Shown: positions 1-13,148 of the stretch, piece by piece
Numbering within the stretch: the first letter of the stretch is position 1
Layout of the letters: each line of letters begins with the position of its first letter
NCBI GenBank assembly: GCA_964016885.1
Contig: OZ024741.1
Span: 362,638,001 to 362,702,000 of the forward strand
Direction: 5' to 3'
Length of the DNA: 64,000 bases
Source of the DNA: Eledone cirrhosa
Taxonomy: Eukaryota
Notes under the pieces: model-generated
The model's input: only the letters and a program-made list of their open reading frames with translations
Databases searched by the model: none
What the model was told of the DNA's origin: nothing
Position numbers and translations under genes: made by a program

Positions 1-152
1 CAAGATGATTGGATACCATCCATGGGCTTGGCTGGTCTAGTTTGAAAATCCAGCCGGATCAGTTGGTAATGGTTGCTTCCGACAGGACCTGCTGGAAGGA
101 GTGTCTGAGGACTCTGCTACTATGAACCTCTCAGGAATAAGTGGGCGAAGAA
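1..152 (+). mobile_element. 3' end of a LINE family that also occurs inverted at 49415-49850 and 57260-57540
   Basis: Shared caagatgattggata...tcaggaataagtggg sequence across three copies. Confidence 0.6.
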
Positions 153-1339
153 GTCTTCAAACATGTTTTCCGTGATGCAGATTACGATTAATACGTTAAC
201 GCTAGTTAATGTTTTGTACAACTCTAATCATTTCAGTGTATGCAGCATCTAGTTTCTTCTTAAACGCTTGTATCATGGTCCCTGTATCTGATCCATACAA
301 CAATACTGAGTCAACAGATATTCTGAAGAATGATATTAAATGTTAATTTAGTTGTGTTAAATCATTACTTACATATAAATTATAATAAAGCTAACGAATG
401 AAAAATAGTTTGTGGGGCCCTTGCTTGTGGTTAGTTTAGTATATCCTAAATACTACCTGGTCTTACACAGAGCGAGATTTATCTCTTATTTGCTTAATGT
501 GTGGATGCAGCATGACCAGGCGGAGAAGTTCATTTCACAATCGTAAGGTTGTGGATTCAATCCCACAGCAAGTGATATTATGTAGATGAAAACTGTTTGA
601 AAGGACTGTACCTGTAATTTGAAAAGGACACCCTTGCCACTGTGTCACGCTAAATCTCCCTGAGAATTACGTTAAGGGTACACGTGTCTGTTGAATGCTC
701 AGCCACTTACATGTTAATTTTTTAAGCAAGCTGTCCTATTGATCAAACACCTGGAACAGCCGTCATTGAAAAACAAGAAAAATCCATGCCATTCCATTTG
801 TTTAATACAACGAAACAACTAAGCACTGGCCCTTAATCTTCAGTGTACATCATCATCATTTATTGTCCATTTTCCTTGCTAGCACAGGTTGGATATGTCA
901 CAGACCAATCAGTACTCAAACAAACCGTCTTACCTCCAGGTGGGCTCGGAGCCCAACATTCAGTGCCGTACTATACTGAGTGCATTTCATCATGGTACTA
1001 ACACTAGAGAAGTAGTCATGTCTTTGATATAACTGATGAGTCTTCCTGATCCTTTGGTTGGCAGATTTTCTAAGGTTCGATGCCCTTCCTATCACAAACC
1101 ACTTTACAGAATATACTGGGTGCATTTATTGTGCAGATCACCAACACTAGAGAGGTTGTCATGTCTATAACATGAAAAGTCCTCCTAACACTTTAGCAAG
1201 ATTTCTACAGATGAATGCCTTTCCTATCACCAACCATTTTACAGAGTGTATTGGGTGCCTTTATAGTATACCTTGTTGAATAATATGATGTCATTTGTAC
1301 AAGACTACAAATTTGTATAATTGATTGAATATATGAGTA

Positions 1340-2450
1340 CAAGACTCGTGGTTATCTTATCAATTCCTGAAGGGTGAAGTCTATCCTGCTAGGGCTTCAA
1401 CTGAGCACATAGAGGCTCAAAATAGAATACTGTAATTTTCTAGCTTTTTTAGAGGAGGGTGTAATTGATTTTAATTGTCTGCAGTACTAGACTGATATAT
1501 TTTTTCTTGGCCACAAAGGGATGAACGACAAAGTTGATCTCACCAACATTTGAACTCAGAATACAGGAGAACAAAACAAAATACTGGTTATAATTCATTT
1601 TAGGCCTTAAGACCAGCATTATTGAGGGAGGTTACTTGACAGTAACTTTATTTTATTGACCTGAAAAGGATGATGGACAAAGTTGACCTTGGCAGGATTC
1701 GAACTCAGAATTTAGAGAGCTAGAACAAATGCCTCAAAGCATTTTATCCAACACTCTAATTAGTCTGCCAATCCTCTACTCTTATGATAATAATAATTTT
1801 TTCTACATTTGGCACAAGGCCAGTAATTTGAAGAGAAATGTTAATTAAATCAACCCCCAGTGCATTATTAGTGCTTTATTTTACCCCATAAGGATGAAAG
1901 GCAAAGCTAACCTTGGCAGGATTTGAACTCAGAATGTGAAGGGTCGCAACTTTATGCTGCAAAACATGTCTAGTGCTCTGCCATTACTGCCAATCTACAA
2001 CCCTAATAATATTAATGATTTCCAACTTGGACACACAGTCACAAATTTTATGGAAGAAAAAAGTTGATTGATATTTTATTTAGAGAGGTTTAAAGGCAAA
2101 GTTGATCTCAGCAGGAATCAAACTTAGCAATGTAAAATAACAGGATTAAATGCTGCAAGGTATTTTGTTTGATGCTCTTCCGATTCTGCCATCCATCTTA
2201 CAATAATAATAATTTCTTACAGAGGCACATGGCTAGAAATTTTAACAGAGGGCTAAAGTTAATTCAATCAATCCCCAGTACTTGACTGATACTTATTTTA
2301 TCAATACTAGAAAGATGAAAGGCAAAGTTCATTTTGGTGGGATTCAAACTTAGAAATATATATAAGAACACTACTAGATGCCACAAAGTATTTTATCCAA
2401 TGCTCTACAAATTCTGCCAACACTCTTCCCTCTTATAATAATAGTAAACA
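1340..2450 (-). mobile_element. Head-to-tail cluster of about 6 tRNA-derived SINE copies
   Basis: Recurrent GGATGAAAGGCAAAGTTGACC...GGATTTGAACTCAGAA (B-box complement) near 1395, 1550, 1700, 1922, 2118, 2342, mostly separated by TAA-rich tails. Confidence 0.75.
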
Positions 2451-3177
2451 TTGAAATAACATTATGAATTCAATACATCTTTTAGCAATATAGTGCAATA
2501 ATCAAAGTTCCCTAGTAAACCAAATCTGCAACCTAGTTTGAATTCATAGTTGGAGCAGATTTGTTTGTGCAATGTGGGTTCTACAAAAAATATTAGGGTT
2601 CTGTGAGATAAGGTATCTTTAAAAATTTCAATAAAACTTTGTTGTTGTTGTTTTCTAAGGAACAAATTTTCTCTGTAAGACTTTTTGTTTCTTTTAATGT
2701 CATATTAAAATTAGGGTGCCTGTAAAATATAAGTATGGATTACATGCTTTTTTCTAAAAAAATCATATAAGGGTTTTGCAACAAAGATAGGTTTGGGAAC
2801 CACTGCACTAGTGACTACCATATCTTCTATTCCTTTCCTTATAAATCTTATATTCTATTTCTATTTAACCCTTTTGATACCAAACTGCCTGAAACTGCTT
2901 GGATTGAAGTATACAAAGCTGTTTATATTTATCAAGAAACCTTCCATCATAATTTCATATAATTTTTGTTACGTTATGCCTCAAACACCAACTTAATAAT
3001 GATAGAATTAGTTATATAACTAAATCCCTGCAAATCCTTGATTATTTAAAAAAATATTTAAAAATCATAGGCAGTATTTTTGTTAGAAATAAAGTAATGA
3101 AAGTATTAACGAAATCATTATTTTAATAATGAAAGCTATAAATTTTCTCATTTTTTTCAGGCATCAGACTTTATTAA

Positions 3178-3337
3178 ATGGCTGACACAAATAGCTACAG
3201 TTCTTCAACTGGGCTGCATAGGGGAGGAAATCGGGGTTCATGGAGAGGACGAGGGTCTTGGAGTGGCAGATGGAGAGGTGCTAGAGGAGGCACTTATTTT
3301 AATCACTATGGTAACAAAGGAAACTATGGAAATAGAA
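3178..3337 (+). CDS. MCM8: MCM8 coding exon 1 (RG/RGG-rich N-terminus)
   Basis: Acceptor tttttttcag ends at 3160, ATG at 3178, MADTNSYSSSTGLHRGGNRGSWRGRG..., donor GTATGT at 3338, phase matches exon 2. Confidence 0.85.
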
Positions 3338-3392
3338 GTATGTTTCTTCTTATATATTCTACTTTTTACATCATTTTCCATTTCATTATTTT

Positions 3393-3726
3393 ATCATCAT
3401 CATCATCATTTTTACGTCTGCTTTTCCCTGCTTGCAAGGGTGGGACGGGAACTGATTCTGGCTTGATTTCTACAGCTGGATGCCCTTCCTAACACCAACC
3501 TCATTTACAGTGAGTGCTGGGTGCTTTTTTGCCGTGGCACCTCCACGACCACTTCACAGTGGAATGATATGGACCCAGTCCCTATCATCTCATTTCTACA
3601 GCTGAGTAAACTGGAGCAATGTGAAATAAAGTGTCTTGCTCAAGGAAACAACACATCACCCGGTCTGAGAATTGAACTCACAACTTTCGATTGCAAGGCC
3701 AATGCTCTAACCACTAAGCCATGTGC
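3393..3726 (-). mobile_element. Young tRNA-head SINE with CORE-like middle and RTE-derived 3' tail
   Basis: Minus strand starts GCACATGGCTTAGTGGTTAG (A box)..GAGTTCAATTCTC (B box), then TTGAGCAAGACACTT, and ends in (ATG)n; near-identical to 6696-7030. Confidence 0.75.
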
Positions 3727-4525
3727 TTTCATATAAACATATTTTTATTTAAGGTATTTGAAATGGAAATGTGAAAAATCTTTTCCTAAGCTCTGCTGCC
3801 TTTAACTTTTTGGTGTCAACCTATCTAAAATTGCCTCTGATTCTATAATATGAAATCTGTAATTTTAAAGTGTTCATATTTAAATTAAACCCTTCCATTA
3901 TAATTTCATTTAACCCTTTAACATTTAAACTGACCGAATCCAGCCAGAATTCTCTCACCTTTGGCTGCTCATACTTATGTTAAGGTATTGATCTCCAAAT
4001 AAATAACATCAAAATCTCATGGATTTGATATGTGAGATAATTATGTGAAATAAAGTGTTTACCGTGAAAATACAATAGTAAATATAGAGTAATGTTAAAG
4101 AGTTAAGAATATTTTGTTAAGTTGCAAACACTGACTCAATAAGAATGAGATCAGTTATTTTACTCAATTCTTCCAAATTTTTTATTATTTTCAAAGTTAG
4201 TTTGAAAAAAATGCAGTGTATTTAATTAGGAATATGGTTAATACTTAACTCAAGTTTCCTAGTGTGAATAAGAAATCAATACATATAGTGTCAGTCCAGT
4301 ACTAGAATCTTTTCTCTCTCTCATCAGTTGTGTTCAGACCTGGAAAGAAATGAGCTCTACCAGGTTTAAAAAAGCCAAAACATTTTTGATCAATTAATGC
4401 TCCAATTATCACCAACTATTTTGCTATGTATTTTTGATCTTTCACTGGCTTCAAATTATGAATTTTTATTTTTAAAACTAAAGAGTGGTATGCCTTTATC
4501 CATTAAGCCACTGGAACATGTACTT

Positions 4526-5611
4526 TATCATCATCATCATCATTTTACGTCTGCTTTTCCCTGCTTGCAAGGGTTGGACGGGTCCTATTCAGCACAGCAT
4601 CTCTCCACTTATCATGGTCCTTCATCATCTCCTCCGTGAGTTTCAGCGATCTGAGGTCTGCTCTCACCACCTCCGCCCATGTTTTTCATGGTCTACCTCT
4701 ACTGCACCTTCCTTCTACTGTGCTTTCTTGGCACTTCTTTACCCAGCGGTCATCCTCCATGCTCATCACATGTCCATACCATCTCAGCCTTCTTTCCTGC
4801 ACACCACAACTTATCCCTCTTATACCAAGTTTCTTTCTCAACTCGTCTATGCTTGGCCGTTCACGCACATTAACATTGCACATCCAACGGAGCATACTTG
4901 CTTCATTTCTCTCCAGCCGCGCATATCCTCTGCAGTTGCTGCCCATGTCTCACTACCATGCAACATCACGCATCTCACACAGGCATCGTATAACCGTCCT
5001 TTCGTACGCAGGGAGAAACCCTTCTTTATCAACACAGGAAGCAGCTCCCTAAACTTCTTCCAACCCGTCCTTATTCTAGATACTATGGCCTCAGAACACC
5101 TCCCCCCCTCCTCTGCTAATCTGATCACCTAGGTACCGGAAGCTATCAACCACTTCTATAGAACCCACCTGCATTGGAAAATGTGTCTATGACTGTGATT
5201 ACTACTGCCAACTTTCCCTGTACATTTACTGCATACGTAGTTTCCCCTACTTTTTAGTTTGCCTGCTATCCCACTACATCTCTTGTGTACCCAAGATCTG
5301 CATTGCATACATTTTATGGAATTTATACCAGTTCCTTTCCTACATATCGAACATGGCCATTTCCCTGATGAAATCAGAGTATTGTCCTCTCTTCTACTTA
5401 TCAACACTTTTGTCTTAGCTATGTTCACTCTCAGTCCTCTTGATTCCAACTGCTGTTTCCATAGCCAGAATTTATTCTCTAACTCCTCTACTGATTCTGC
5501 TATAAGAACCAGATCATCAGCATAGAGAAGTTCCCATGGGCATCCAGTCTTAAACTCCTCTGTTATGGCTTGGAGGACTATAATGAACAAGAGCGGGCTG
5601 AAATTCCTCAC
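4526..5611 (-). mobile_element. 5'-truncated RTE-clade LINE (RT C-terminal part, Cys-rich finger, (ATG)n tail), frameshifted
   Basis: SPLLFIIVL, ELLYADDLVL, WPCSICRKG..WVHKRCSG, RRLRWYGHV. Confidence 0.88.
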
Positions 5612-6133
5612 TAAACTCCAGCAACGATATCTATCAGTCCTACTTCTGTAACTTCAAGCTAAACTTCTTTAAAGAAAGGAAAGCAGCTGATCATCAGATC
5701 AGACCAAGAAAAGTATTTTTGCATTGTTTTTCTTTTCTTTTCATTGATACTATCCGCTGGTCGCAACTCCTGTAATAAGTAGGCTGGATTTGAACTCAGA
5801 ATACACAAAGCCAAATTAGATACTGCAAAGCCTCCTGTCCAGCTCTTTAATTATTCTGCCAATCCATCAGACCTGGGCTGACACTTTATTTATCAACCCC
5901 CAAAAGATGGAAGGCAAAGTTGACCTGAGTGGGATTTGAACTCTGAAAGAGCTGGAACAAATACTAAAGCATTTAATCCAACACTCTAACAACTCTGCCA
6001 ATTCGCGACCTTATAGATGGCAAGCAAACATTAAGAAACACATACATCCAGGCTTAATCAATAAAATATTTTTTTATAAAAACTCAGTCATTTCAAAGAA
6101 ATTGATTAAATTTTATATTTCCTTGTATTCCAG

Positions 6134-6244
6134 ATTTTTCTGAAAACCCTTCACAAAATCATCGCTCACAACCCATAATAGTTCAGAGCAAATTAGCATT
6201 TGCTTCACCTTATAAAGGATGGATTTTGTATTTTCCAGAAGAAG
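6134..6244 (+). CDS. MCM8: MCM8 coding exon 2
   Basis: ttccag acceptor; ...SPYKGWILYFPEE; GTATAA donor. Confidence 0.9.
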
Positions 6245-6695
6245 GTATAATTTATTTTAGATTTATCTATGTATGTCTAAAGACCAGAACATATCTGTTG
6301 TTTTCACCAGTTGGTTTAAAGGTCAGATCTACTCCAATATTGCAGTTTCTATACTTCCCCAAATTTCAATTACTGTATATACTCGCCTATAAGCCAAGTA
6401 TGAAGAGGCAGAAGACTAATAGGGTGATGGTTTGAATGATCAGATGGTTACCCAGAGTTCTTAAAAAGTGGAACATAAATATATTATCATAGAAATGATA
6501 ATGATTTCTTACCTAGGCATCGAGTATCAGGCTTGTTGAGAATGTTTATTTAATATAATTGACCCCAGTATATTAATGGAAAAGACAAAAGGCAAAGTGA
6601 TTGACTGGTACTTACTTTATCAATCCTAGAATGACGAAAAGCAGAGTTGACACTAGTGGGATTTGAGTGCTAAACAAAATGGAAGGAAACTAACT

Positions 6696-7030
6696 ATCAT
6701 CATCATCATCATTTTACATCCGCTTTTCCCTGCTTGCAAGGGTGGGACGGGAACTGATTCTGGCTTGATTTCTACAGCTGGATGCCCTTCCTAACACCAA
6801 CCTCATTTACAGTGAGTGCTGGGTGCTTTTTTGCCGTCGCACCTCGACGACCACTTTGCAGTGGAATGATAGGGACTCCAGTCCCTATCATCTCATTTCT
6901 ACAGCTGAGTAAACTGGAGCAATGTGAAAAAAGTGTCTTGCTCAAGGAAACAACACATCACCCGATCTGAGAATTGAACTCACAACCTTTCGATTGCAAG
7001 GCCAATGCTCTAACCACTAAGCCATGTGCC
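6696..7030 (-). mobile_element. Second copy of the same young SINE
   Basis: Near-identical to 3393-3726. Confidence 0.75.
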
Positions 7031-7646
7031 TACTGTTAACTATTTCCTCTGACATCCATAACCTTAATATATAAATAAAGATTTCTAACATAGGTACAAA
7101 ACCACGGGGGTGTGCAGGGATCAGTTGGTTAAATTGTCCCTGTACCCACCTTGTAATTATTTTAATAACTTTAGAAGGGTGAAAGACAAAGTCAACTCCA
7201 GCAGGATTTGAACTCAGAATGTAAAATCATCATAACTAAATATTACAAAGCATTTTGTCCAGCACTTTATGGACTCCACCATCAACCAACTTTAGTAATA
7301 ATAGCGAGTTACAACAACAAAAATAACTGTTTTAAGGCCATTTTCCCAGCCAAAACTGGGATTAGCCATGACGGTCTTAATACTTATCATGGAGTCCTTC
7401 TTGAGGCAGTATTTTACGACCAGATGCCCTTCCTTGATGCCAACTTTTTTTAGTCGCCTCTTACAACATGCAGGGATATGATATACCCATTCTAAATTGG
7501 ATACACACAGACTTTAAGAGAACAACCAGATATAGCAATGTATTTTGCCAGAGGATTCAACAAAACAACAACAATAATATAATAATCTTTATATGCTCCA
7601 GAGAGAGAGAGAGCTTTTTCTCAGTAGTTTTCAATTTTGATTTCAG

Positions 7647-7729
7647 CTTATTCAGCAGAGTCACCTACTGTGAAGAAATTGAAAGTTTTTGAGGATTATT
7701 TTTCAAAATATGAACAACTTTATGATTTG
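7647..7729 (+). CDS. MCM8: MCM8 coding exon 3
   Basis: tttcag acceptor; AYSAESPTVKKLKVFEDYFSKYEQLYDL; GTGAGC donor. Confidence 0.88.
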
Positions 7730-8510
7730 GTGAGCTTTATACTTCATATTTATAGTGTGTGCACACTTACTGTTTGTACTCGTATATAAGCCGAGAAATA
7801 TGCGCCGAAAAAAATTGATGGTAAAAAAGCTGTCATATATATAACATGATTGAAGAGTACTTTCAATTCTGCCTTCTACAAAATTAATATTTTGCCTAAA
7901 TAATAATTCAATTTAGATAAGTACAATAATAAAATAATTGTTTCTACTTTAGGCACAAGGCCAGCAATTACTCAGTACATTACTGGTACTTTATTTTATC
8001 GACCCCGTAAGGATGAAAGGCAAAGTTAACCTTGGCGGGATTTGAACTAATAAAATAATGCCTGTTAAAATGTATAAGGATCGGTTTATATTCAAGGTCA
8101 ATATTTTGCTAATTTTCAACAACTTCAAATTCTACATAAATGAGGTGCTAAAATATTTTCACTTTGGAGGTGAATTTTACACTAGTTTTACTTTGGAAAT
8201 GAATATTTCACCGGTTTCACTTTGAAGGTGAATATTACCCCAGTTTTACTTTTAACGAGAAATTCATATTTCATATTGTTTTTGATGTTTTGAATGAATA
8301 TGGCTTCAAAACATTCAGAAATTGGTAAAAAATCATTACATAATAGATTTGTGAAAGAGTCTTCAGCCTAAATTTTACTTTTTCCTTTATTCTAATTAGT
8401 TCATCAAATATCAAACTTTTTTTAGAGAGACAAAAGTTTTGTTTAAAACATATTCCAATATTTACTTCCATAAGTATTATGATTATTTTTAATTTGTTTT
8501 ATTTCTGTAG

Positions 8511-8571
8511 AATGATATTGAAACCCAGAGACATTTCTGTGTCAACTTTGTTGATATAACATCAGATAATA
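8511..8571 (+). CDS. MCM8: MCM8 coding exon 4
   Basis: ttctgtag acceptor; NDIETQRHFCVNFVDITSDN; GTAAGT donor, phase fits exon 5. Confidence 0.85.
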
Positions 8572-10169
8572 GTAAGTAAGAAATTTTATTTTTTGTATTT
8601 TGTTGAACATCCATCAGTTTCAACGATGAAATATCCAGCTATTTGATCAATAATACAGCCTGCTTATGAAATTAACATGCAAGTGGCTGAGCATTCCACC
8701 GACTTGTACGGCCTTAACATTCAGAGTGACACAATATGTGACAAGGCTGGTCCTCTGAATCACAGGCACAACTCATTTTTTCCAGTTGAATGAACTGGAG
8801 GAACAGGAAATAAAGTGCCATGCTCAAAAACACAACACGCTGCTGGGATTCAAAGTCAGGACTTTACAATTGTGAACCAAATACCTAATCACTATGTCAT
8901 GTGCCTTCACAAGTAAGAACTAAAGTGTTATGTTTTCAATAGATATTTTCTTTATATTAAACTGTTGTGTGTATCCAGTTTGTAATGGGTACACCATATC
9001 CCTACCTGTTGTAAAAGGCACTAATTGAGTTGGCACCAGAAAGAGCATCTGGTCATAAAACATTGCTTCAAAAAGGGTCCCAATGTGTGTATGAAGCCTT
9101 TCATGTGGCCTATAAGACTAACTCCTGCTTTATCAGTGGAAAATGGCTTTAAAACACTTGGTGCATTAATCAATAATGAAAGCTTGAGAGTGGCAGTATA
9201 TATTCTCCTGTAACATATTTATATTAATGTTCATATCTGAAAACCCCATATTAACTGAACAAATTTCATATCCCTCAACTGTTATGCAAAAGTCTTCTCT
9301 AAATGGAGACAAAAAATATCCTTCCTTTTCAAGCACAATAATAATACCAATAAAAAATCAGTTTTGTTTTGTAAATACACAAAAATTATTTTACAAAACT
9401 GATGGTAAAGGTGTCAGGGTAAAATGCACCCAACCCACTTTGTAATGTGGTAGTGCTGGTGCTAAGATAAAAGTACCCAGTCCACACTGTCAGATGGTAA
9501 TGCTGTTGCCACAAGAAAACAAACCTAATACATGCCATGATATGGTTGGTGTTAAGAAGGTCATAGAAACCATGCCAAAATGGAATGTATGAACAATATT
9601 CAGTCATCTGATCTGCCTGTTTAGCTTCAGAGTTTGATAACCCATTTAATCCATGCAAGTATGAAAAATAAACGTAAAACAGTGACAATGATGCTAAAAG
9701 AAGCCCACACTCAGATTGCATCAAGAAAATAATGTTTCCATTGGTTTTTTCATTTCTGATACTATCTGCTGGTTGCAACTCTTAGCAAAAAGATGTGGGA
9801 TTTAAACTCAGAATACACAGAGCCAATGCATCCTGTCTGAATCTTTAACAATTCTGTCAAACCACCACTCTGGACTAGTACTTTGCCTTTCATCCTTTCA
9901 GGTCTGGTAAGTAAAATTGACCTAGGGATTTGAAATCAGAGTGCAGAAAGCCAGAACAATTACCTAGGCATTTAATTCTATGCTCCAATTGTTTGTGCCA
10001 ATGATAGGTCAAAGATTCCATGAAGGGGTTGTGGTCTAAAATTTAGACGATCCTTGGTATCGTGAATGCTTACGAATAAAAATGACCTGGATCAAGAACA
10101 CAAATAATTCATGTCAGCAAGTGAAAGAAAATGTAAAAATATCTCTAAATGTTCAATACAGTCCTCTCT

Positions 10170-10480
10170 ATAGTATTGCTCTGTCTCATTTCTTTGTCAT
10201 CTTTGTGAGGTTCAGTATCCTAATATCTGTTTTTACCACCTTTACTCAAGTCTTCCTTGGTCCATCCCTAACACAGACTCCTACTGGGATTTCTTAGCAC
10301 TTATTTACCCAACAATCATCATCCATATGAATTACATGTCTGCACCAGCGTAATCTTTTCTTGCACACTACATCTGTTTCCTCTTTAGCCAATTTTTTTC
10401 TCTGTCGCATCATTCATGCATGGTATCATTACAGATCCAATGGAACATACTTGCTTTATTTCATTCTAACCTTCACACAT
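10170..10480 (-). mobile_element. Degraded RTE LINE fragment
   Basis: Similar to the 3' coding end of other RTE copies in the window. Confidence 0.5.
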
Positions 10481-10528
10481 ATGTAACAATATCTTTAAAG
10501 TTCAAACTCTTTTTTTATTTCTTTGTAG

Positions 10529-10617
10529 TTATCTCCTCAAAATTTCCTTGTTTCCAAAAAGAACTACAAGATTCTCCTGAAAAGATTATTAAATGTTTAG
10601 GATTAGCAATGCATCAG
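10529..10617 (+). CDS. MCM8: MCM8 coding exon 5
   Basis: ctttgtag acceptor; ISSKFPCFQKELQDSPEKIIKCLGLAMHQ; GTATTA donor. Confidence 0.9.
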
Positions 10618-10849
10618 GTATTACTTAATCCCTATCTTTTCTTTCATATTTTTTTGTTGTTATTTTTTTTTTAGGCATGGTTCTGTGGTTAAAGAGTTTG
10701 CTTCACAGCCACATCATGTTTTCGGTTTCACTCCCAATACATGGCACCTTGGTCAAGTATCTTAATATATCCTGGGGTTGACCAATGTCTTGTGAATGAT
10801 ATTTAGTAGATGAATCATCATAATCATTTAACATCTAATTCCCATGTTG

Positions 10850-10883
<34 letters not shown>

Positions 10884-11217
10884 GTGTGTGTTTATGTCCT
10901 GTAACTTAGTGACTCAACAAAAAGAGATCGATAAAATAAGTAACAAACTTGAAAAACAACTATTGAGGTTGACATGATCGACTAAATCCCAATCATGGCC
11001 ACAATCTAATGACTGAGACTAGTAAAAGTATTAAAGAATTGTAAGACGTATTTTTCATATCCTTTCTAAAGCAACAGTTTTATATCAAAGTACAACAGTG
11101 TATCAGTTAAGTGTATAACCATTACCGCCCTACACACACTTATTTTTTTTTTTTTACCATTAGTTGAATGTTCTATTGTAAGTCACTCATCGTCAGTAGA
11201 AACAGCAGCATCTTTAT

Positions 11218-11670
11218 TATCATTTATACATCCATTTTTCTATTCTTGCATGAGTTGGTCGAGTCTCTCCAAAACAAAGTTCCTCTACTTGTTTTGTTTT
11301 GTTCCTTTGTCACCCAATTTCTGAGGTTCAGCCTTTTGAGATATACTTTCATCTCTTCTGTCCAAGTTTTCCTCAGACTGCCACTATAACATCTTCCTTC
11401 CATTTGGAACACCTGGTACAGTTATTATCCAAACACATTACATGCCTGTACCAGCACAATCTAATTCTTCTTATACCTAGTTTTTCTCTCAACTCATCTA
11501 TGCTTTGTCATTTATGCATGCTAACATTTCTCATCTAATAGAGCAAACTCATTTCATTTCTTTCTAGCATTCATACATTCAGTGCCCATGTCTCACTACC
11601 ATGCAACATCACAAATCATATATAGGCATCATACAATATACCCTTCACTTGGATAGTGAAGCCCTTCATT
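11218..11670 (-). mobile_element. Degraded RTE LINE 3' fragment
   Basis: MEGRCYSGSLRKTWTE; gcccatgtctcactaccatgcaacat is shared with the 4526-5611 copy. Confidence 0.65.
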
Positions 11671-12600
11671 GAACCTGCTAATATAGGAACCAAGAACCCC
11701 ACCCCCTTAGGAAGACCCTTTTATACCATTAGATGAACACTTTAAAATATGGAAATAATTAGAAAGTTGAACAACAAAATAGAATCAAATTTTAAAATGA
11801 TGAAATACTAAATTAGATTGTTTAGTAACTTACATTTCCAAGATGGAATCTTGTCTGTTAATTTGTCATTCCACTAATTCTGTAAAAAGTATGTATAAAA
11901 TTTACACCTTTAGTTAACATAAAATCAAGCTTTTTTTACTTTGTTTCGTAGTTCCAAAACAGCAGAATCTCATGACGATAGTATTGAAAAGTCTTAAGTA
12001 ATATCTAACTTGCTACATCACATTGTTATATTCAAATCCAGTTGAGTTCAGCTTCGTATTTCTTCCTTCAGAAGTCAGTATATTAATCATCAGATTAGAT
12101 TGAGAAAATTGTTTCCATTGGTCTTTCCATTGCTAATGCTATCTATCAGTCACAAATCTTGGAAGAAGTGTCACCACTTTTCCCGTGACAGGAGGCAAGT
12201 TTTGAACTCAGACTGCACAGAGCCATAACAGAAAAAATAAAGAATCCTGTCTGACTCATTAATAATTCCACCAATCCACTGCTGAACTGGTATTTTGTTT
12301 ATCAGCCTCAAAAAGATGAAAGGTAATGTTGAATTTGATGCACAGAGAGCAGAAACAAATTTAATTCAATGCTCTACTGACTCTGCCTATTTGCTGCTAT
12401 ACTAATAACGAGCAGTAATACACAAAGTTGCTCAGGCAAGGGATGACTTTTCCTTTTATATATACAGATAATAGAAATAGTCTTTGTTTTAAAAATGTAA
12501 ATTAACTGAATGTTGGCCCTTTAGACTTATCATATCAGCCACTTTAACACCATATTGCAGAGTTCACTCTATTTTAAGCATTTGGATCTGAACTTTTTAA

Positions 12601-12818
12601 CCCTTTAGCATTTATACTGGTCATATCCAGCCAGAACTTTTTCACATCTTTCTGTTCAAACTGGCCATAACTGGCCATTCATACTGACGATAAAGTATTA
12701 TTCTAAAAATAAATAACTTCAAAATCTCATAGATTCGATATTATGTGAGATAATTATGTAATATAAAGCTTTTACTGTGAAAATACAATATGTATAGAAT
12801 AATGTAAATGCTAAAGCG
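12601..12818. mobile_element. piggyBac-type MITE
   Basis: TTAA-CCCTTTAGCATTTA ... TAAATGCTAAAGCG-TTAA. Confidence 0.78.
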
Positions 12819-13018
12819 TTAATTGTGTCAAAGATATGATAGCCCCACTCATGCTAGGATTAAGTACCCAGTACACTCTGTAGAGTGCTTAATCATGGCA
12901 CATCTAAGAGTTCAGTGTAGCTCTAAGTACTGACTTGGTCTGTGATGACCTGTCCAACCATTACTAGCATGGAAAAATGGATGTTAAATGATTAAGATGA
13001 TGATCTATACAATTTTAG

Positions 13019-13148
13019 CTGATTTTAACCAAACGAAAGGAAGAACAGGAGACTCCAGTGACTGATAGTTATCTGCCAATGATACATGCCAGAATTAAAG
13101 AATGTGACAATGTTGTACCATTGAAAAATATCAAGGCTAACTACTATG
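13019..13148 (+). CDS. MCM8: MCM8 coding exon 6
   Basis: ttttag acceptor; LILTKRKEEQ...PMIHARIKECDNVVPLKNIKANYY; GTATGT donor. Confidence 0.85.

Noticed and set aside
3660-3726. tRNA gene-like A/B boxes here and at many other sites
   Set aside because: They are SINE heads followed by SINE body and tail; I could not build a complete cloverleaf.
4240-4335. CTGATGA...GAAAC on the minus strand as a third hammerhead
   Set aside because: No convincing stem I or stem II pairing could be drawn.
4485-5132. 215-aa plus-strand ORF and similar short ORFs in the track
   Set aside because: They are antisense shadows of RTE, CR1, mariner or MAP10 coding sequence, or chance ORFs in repeats.
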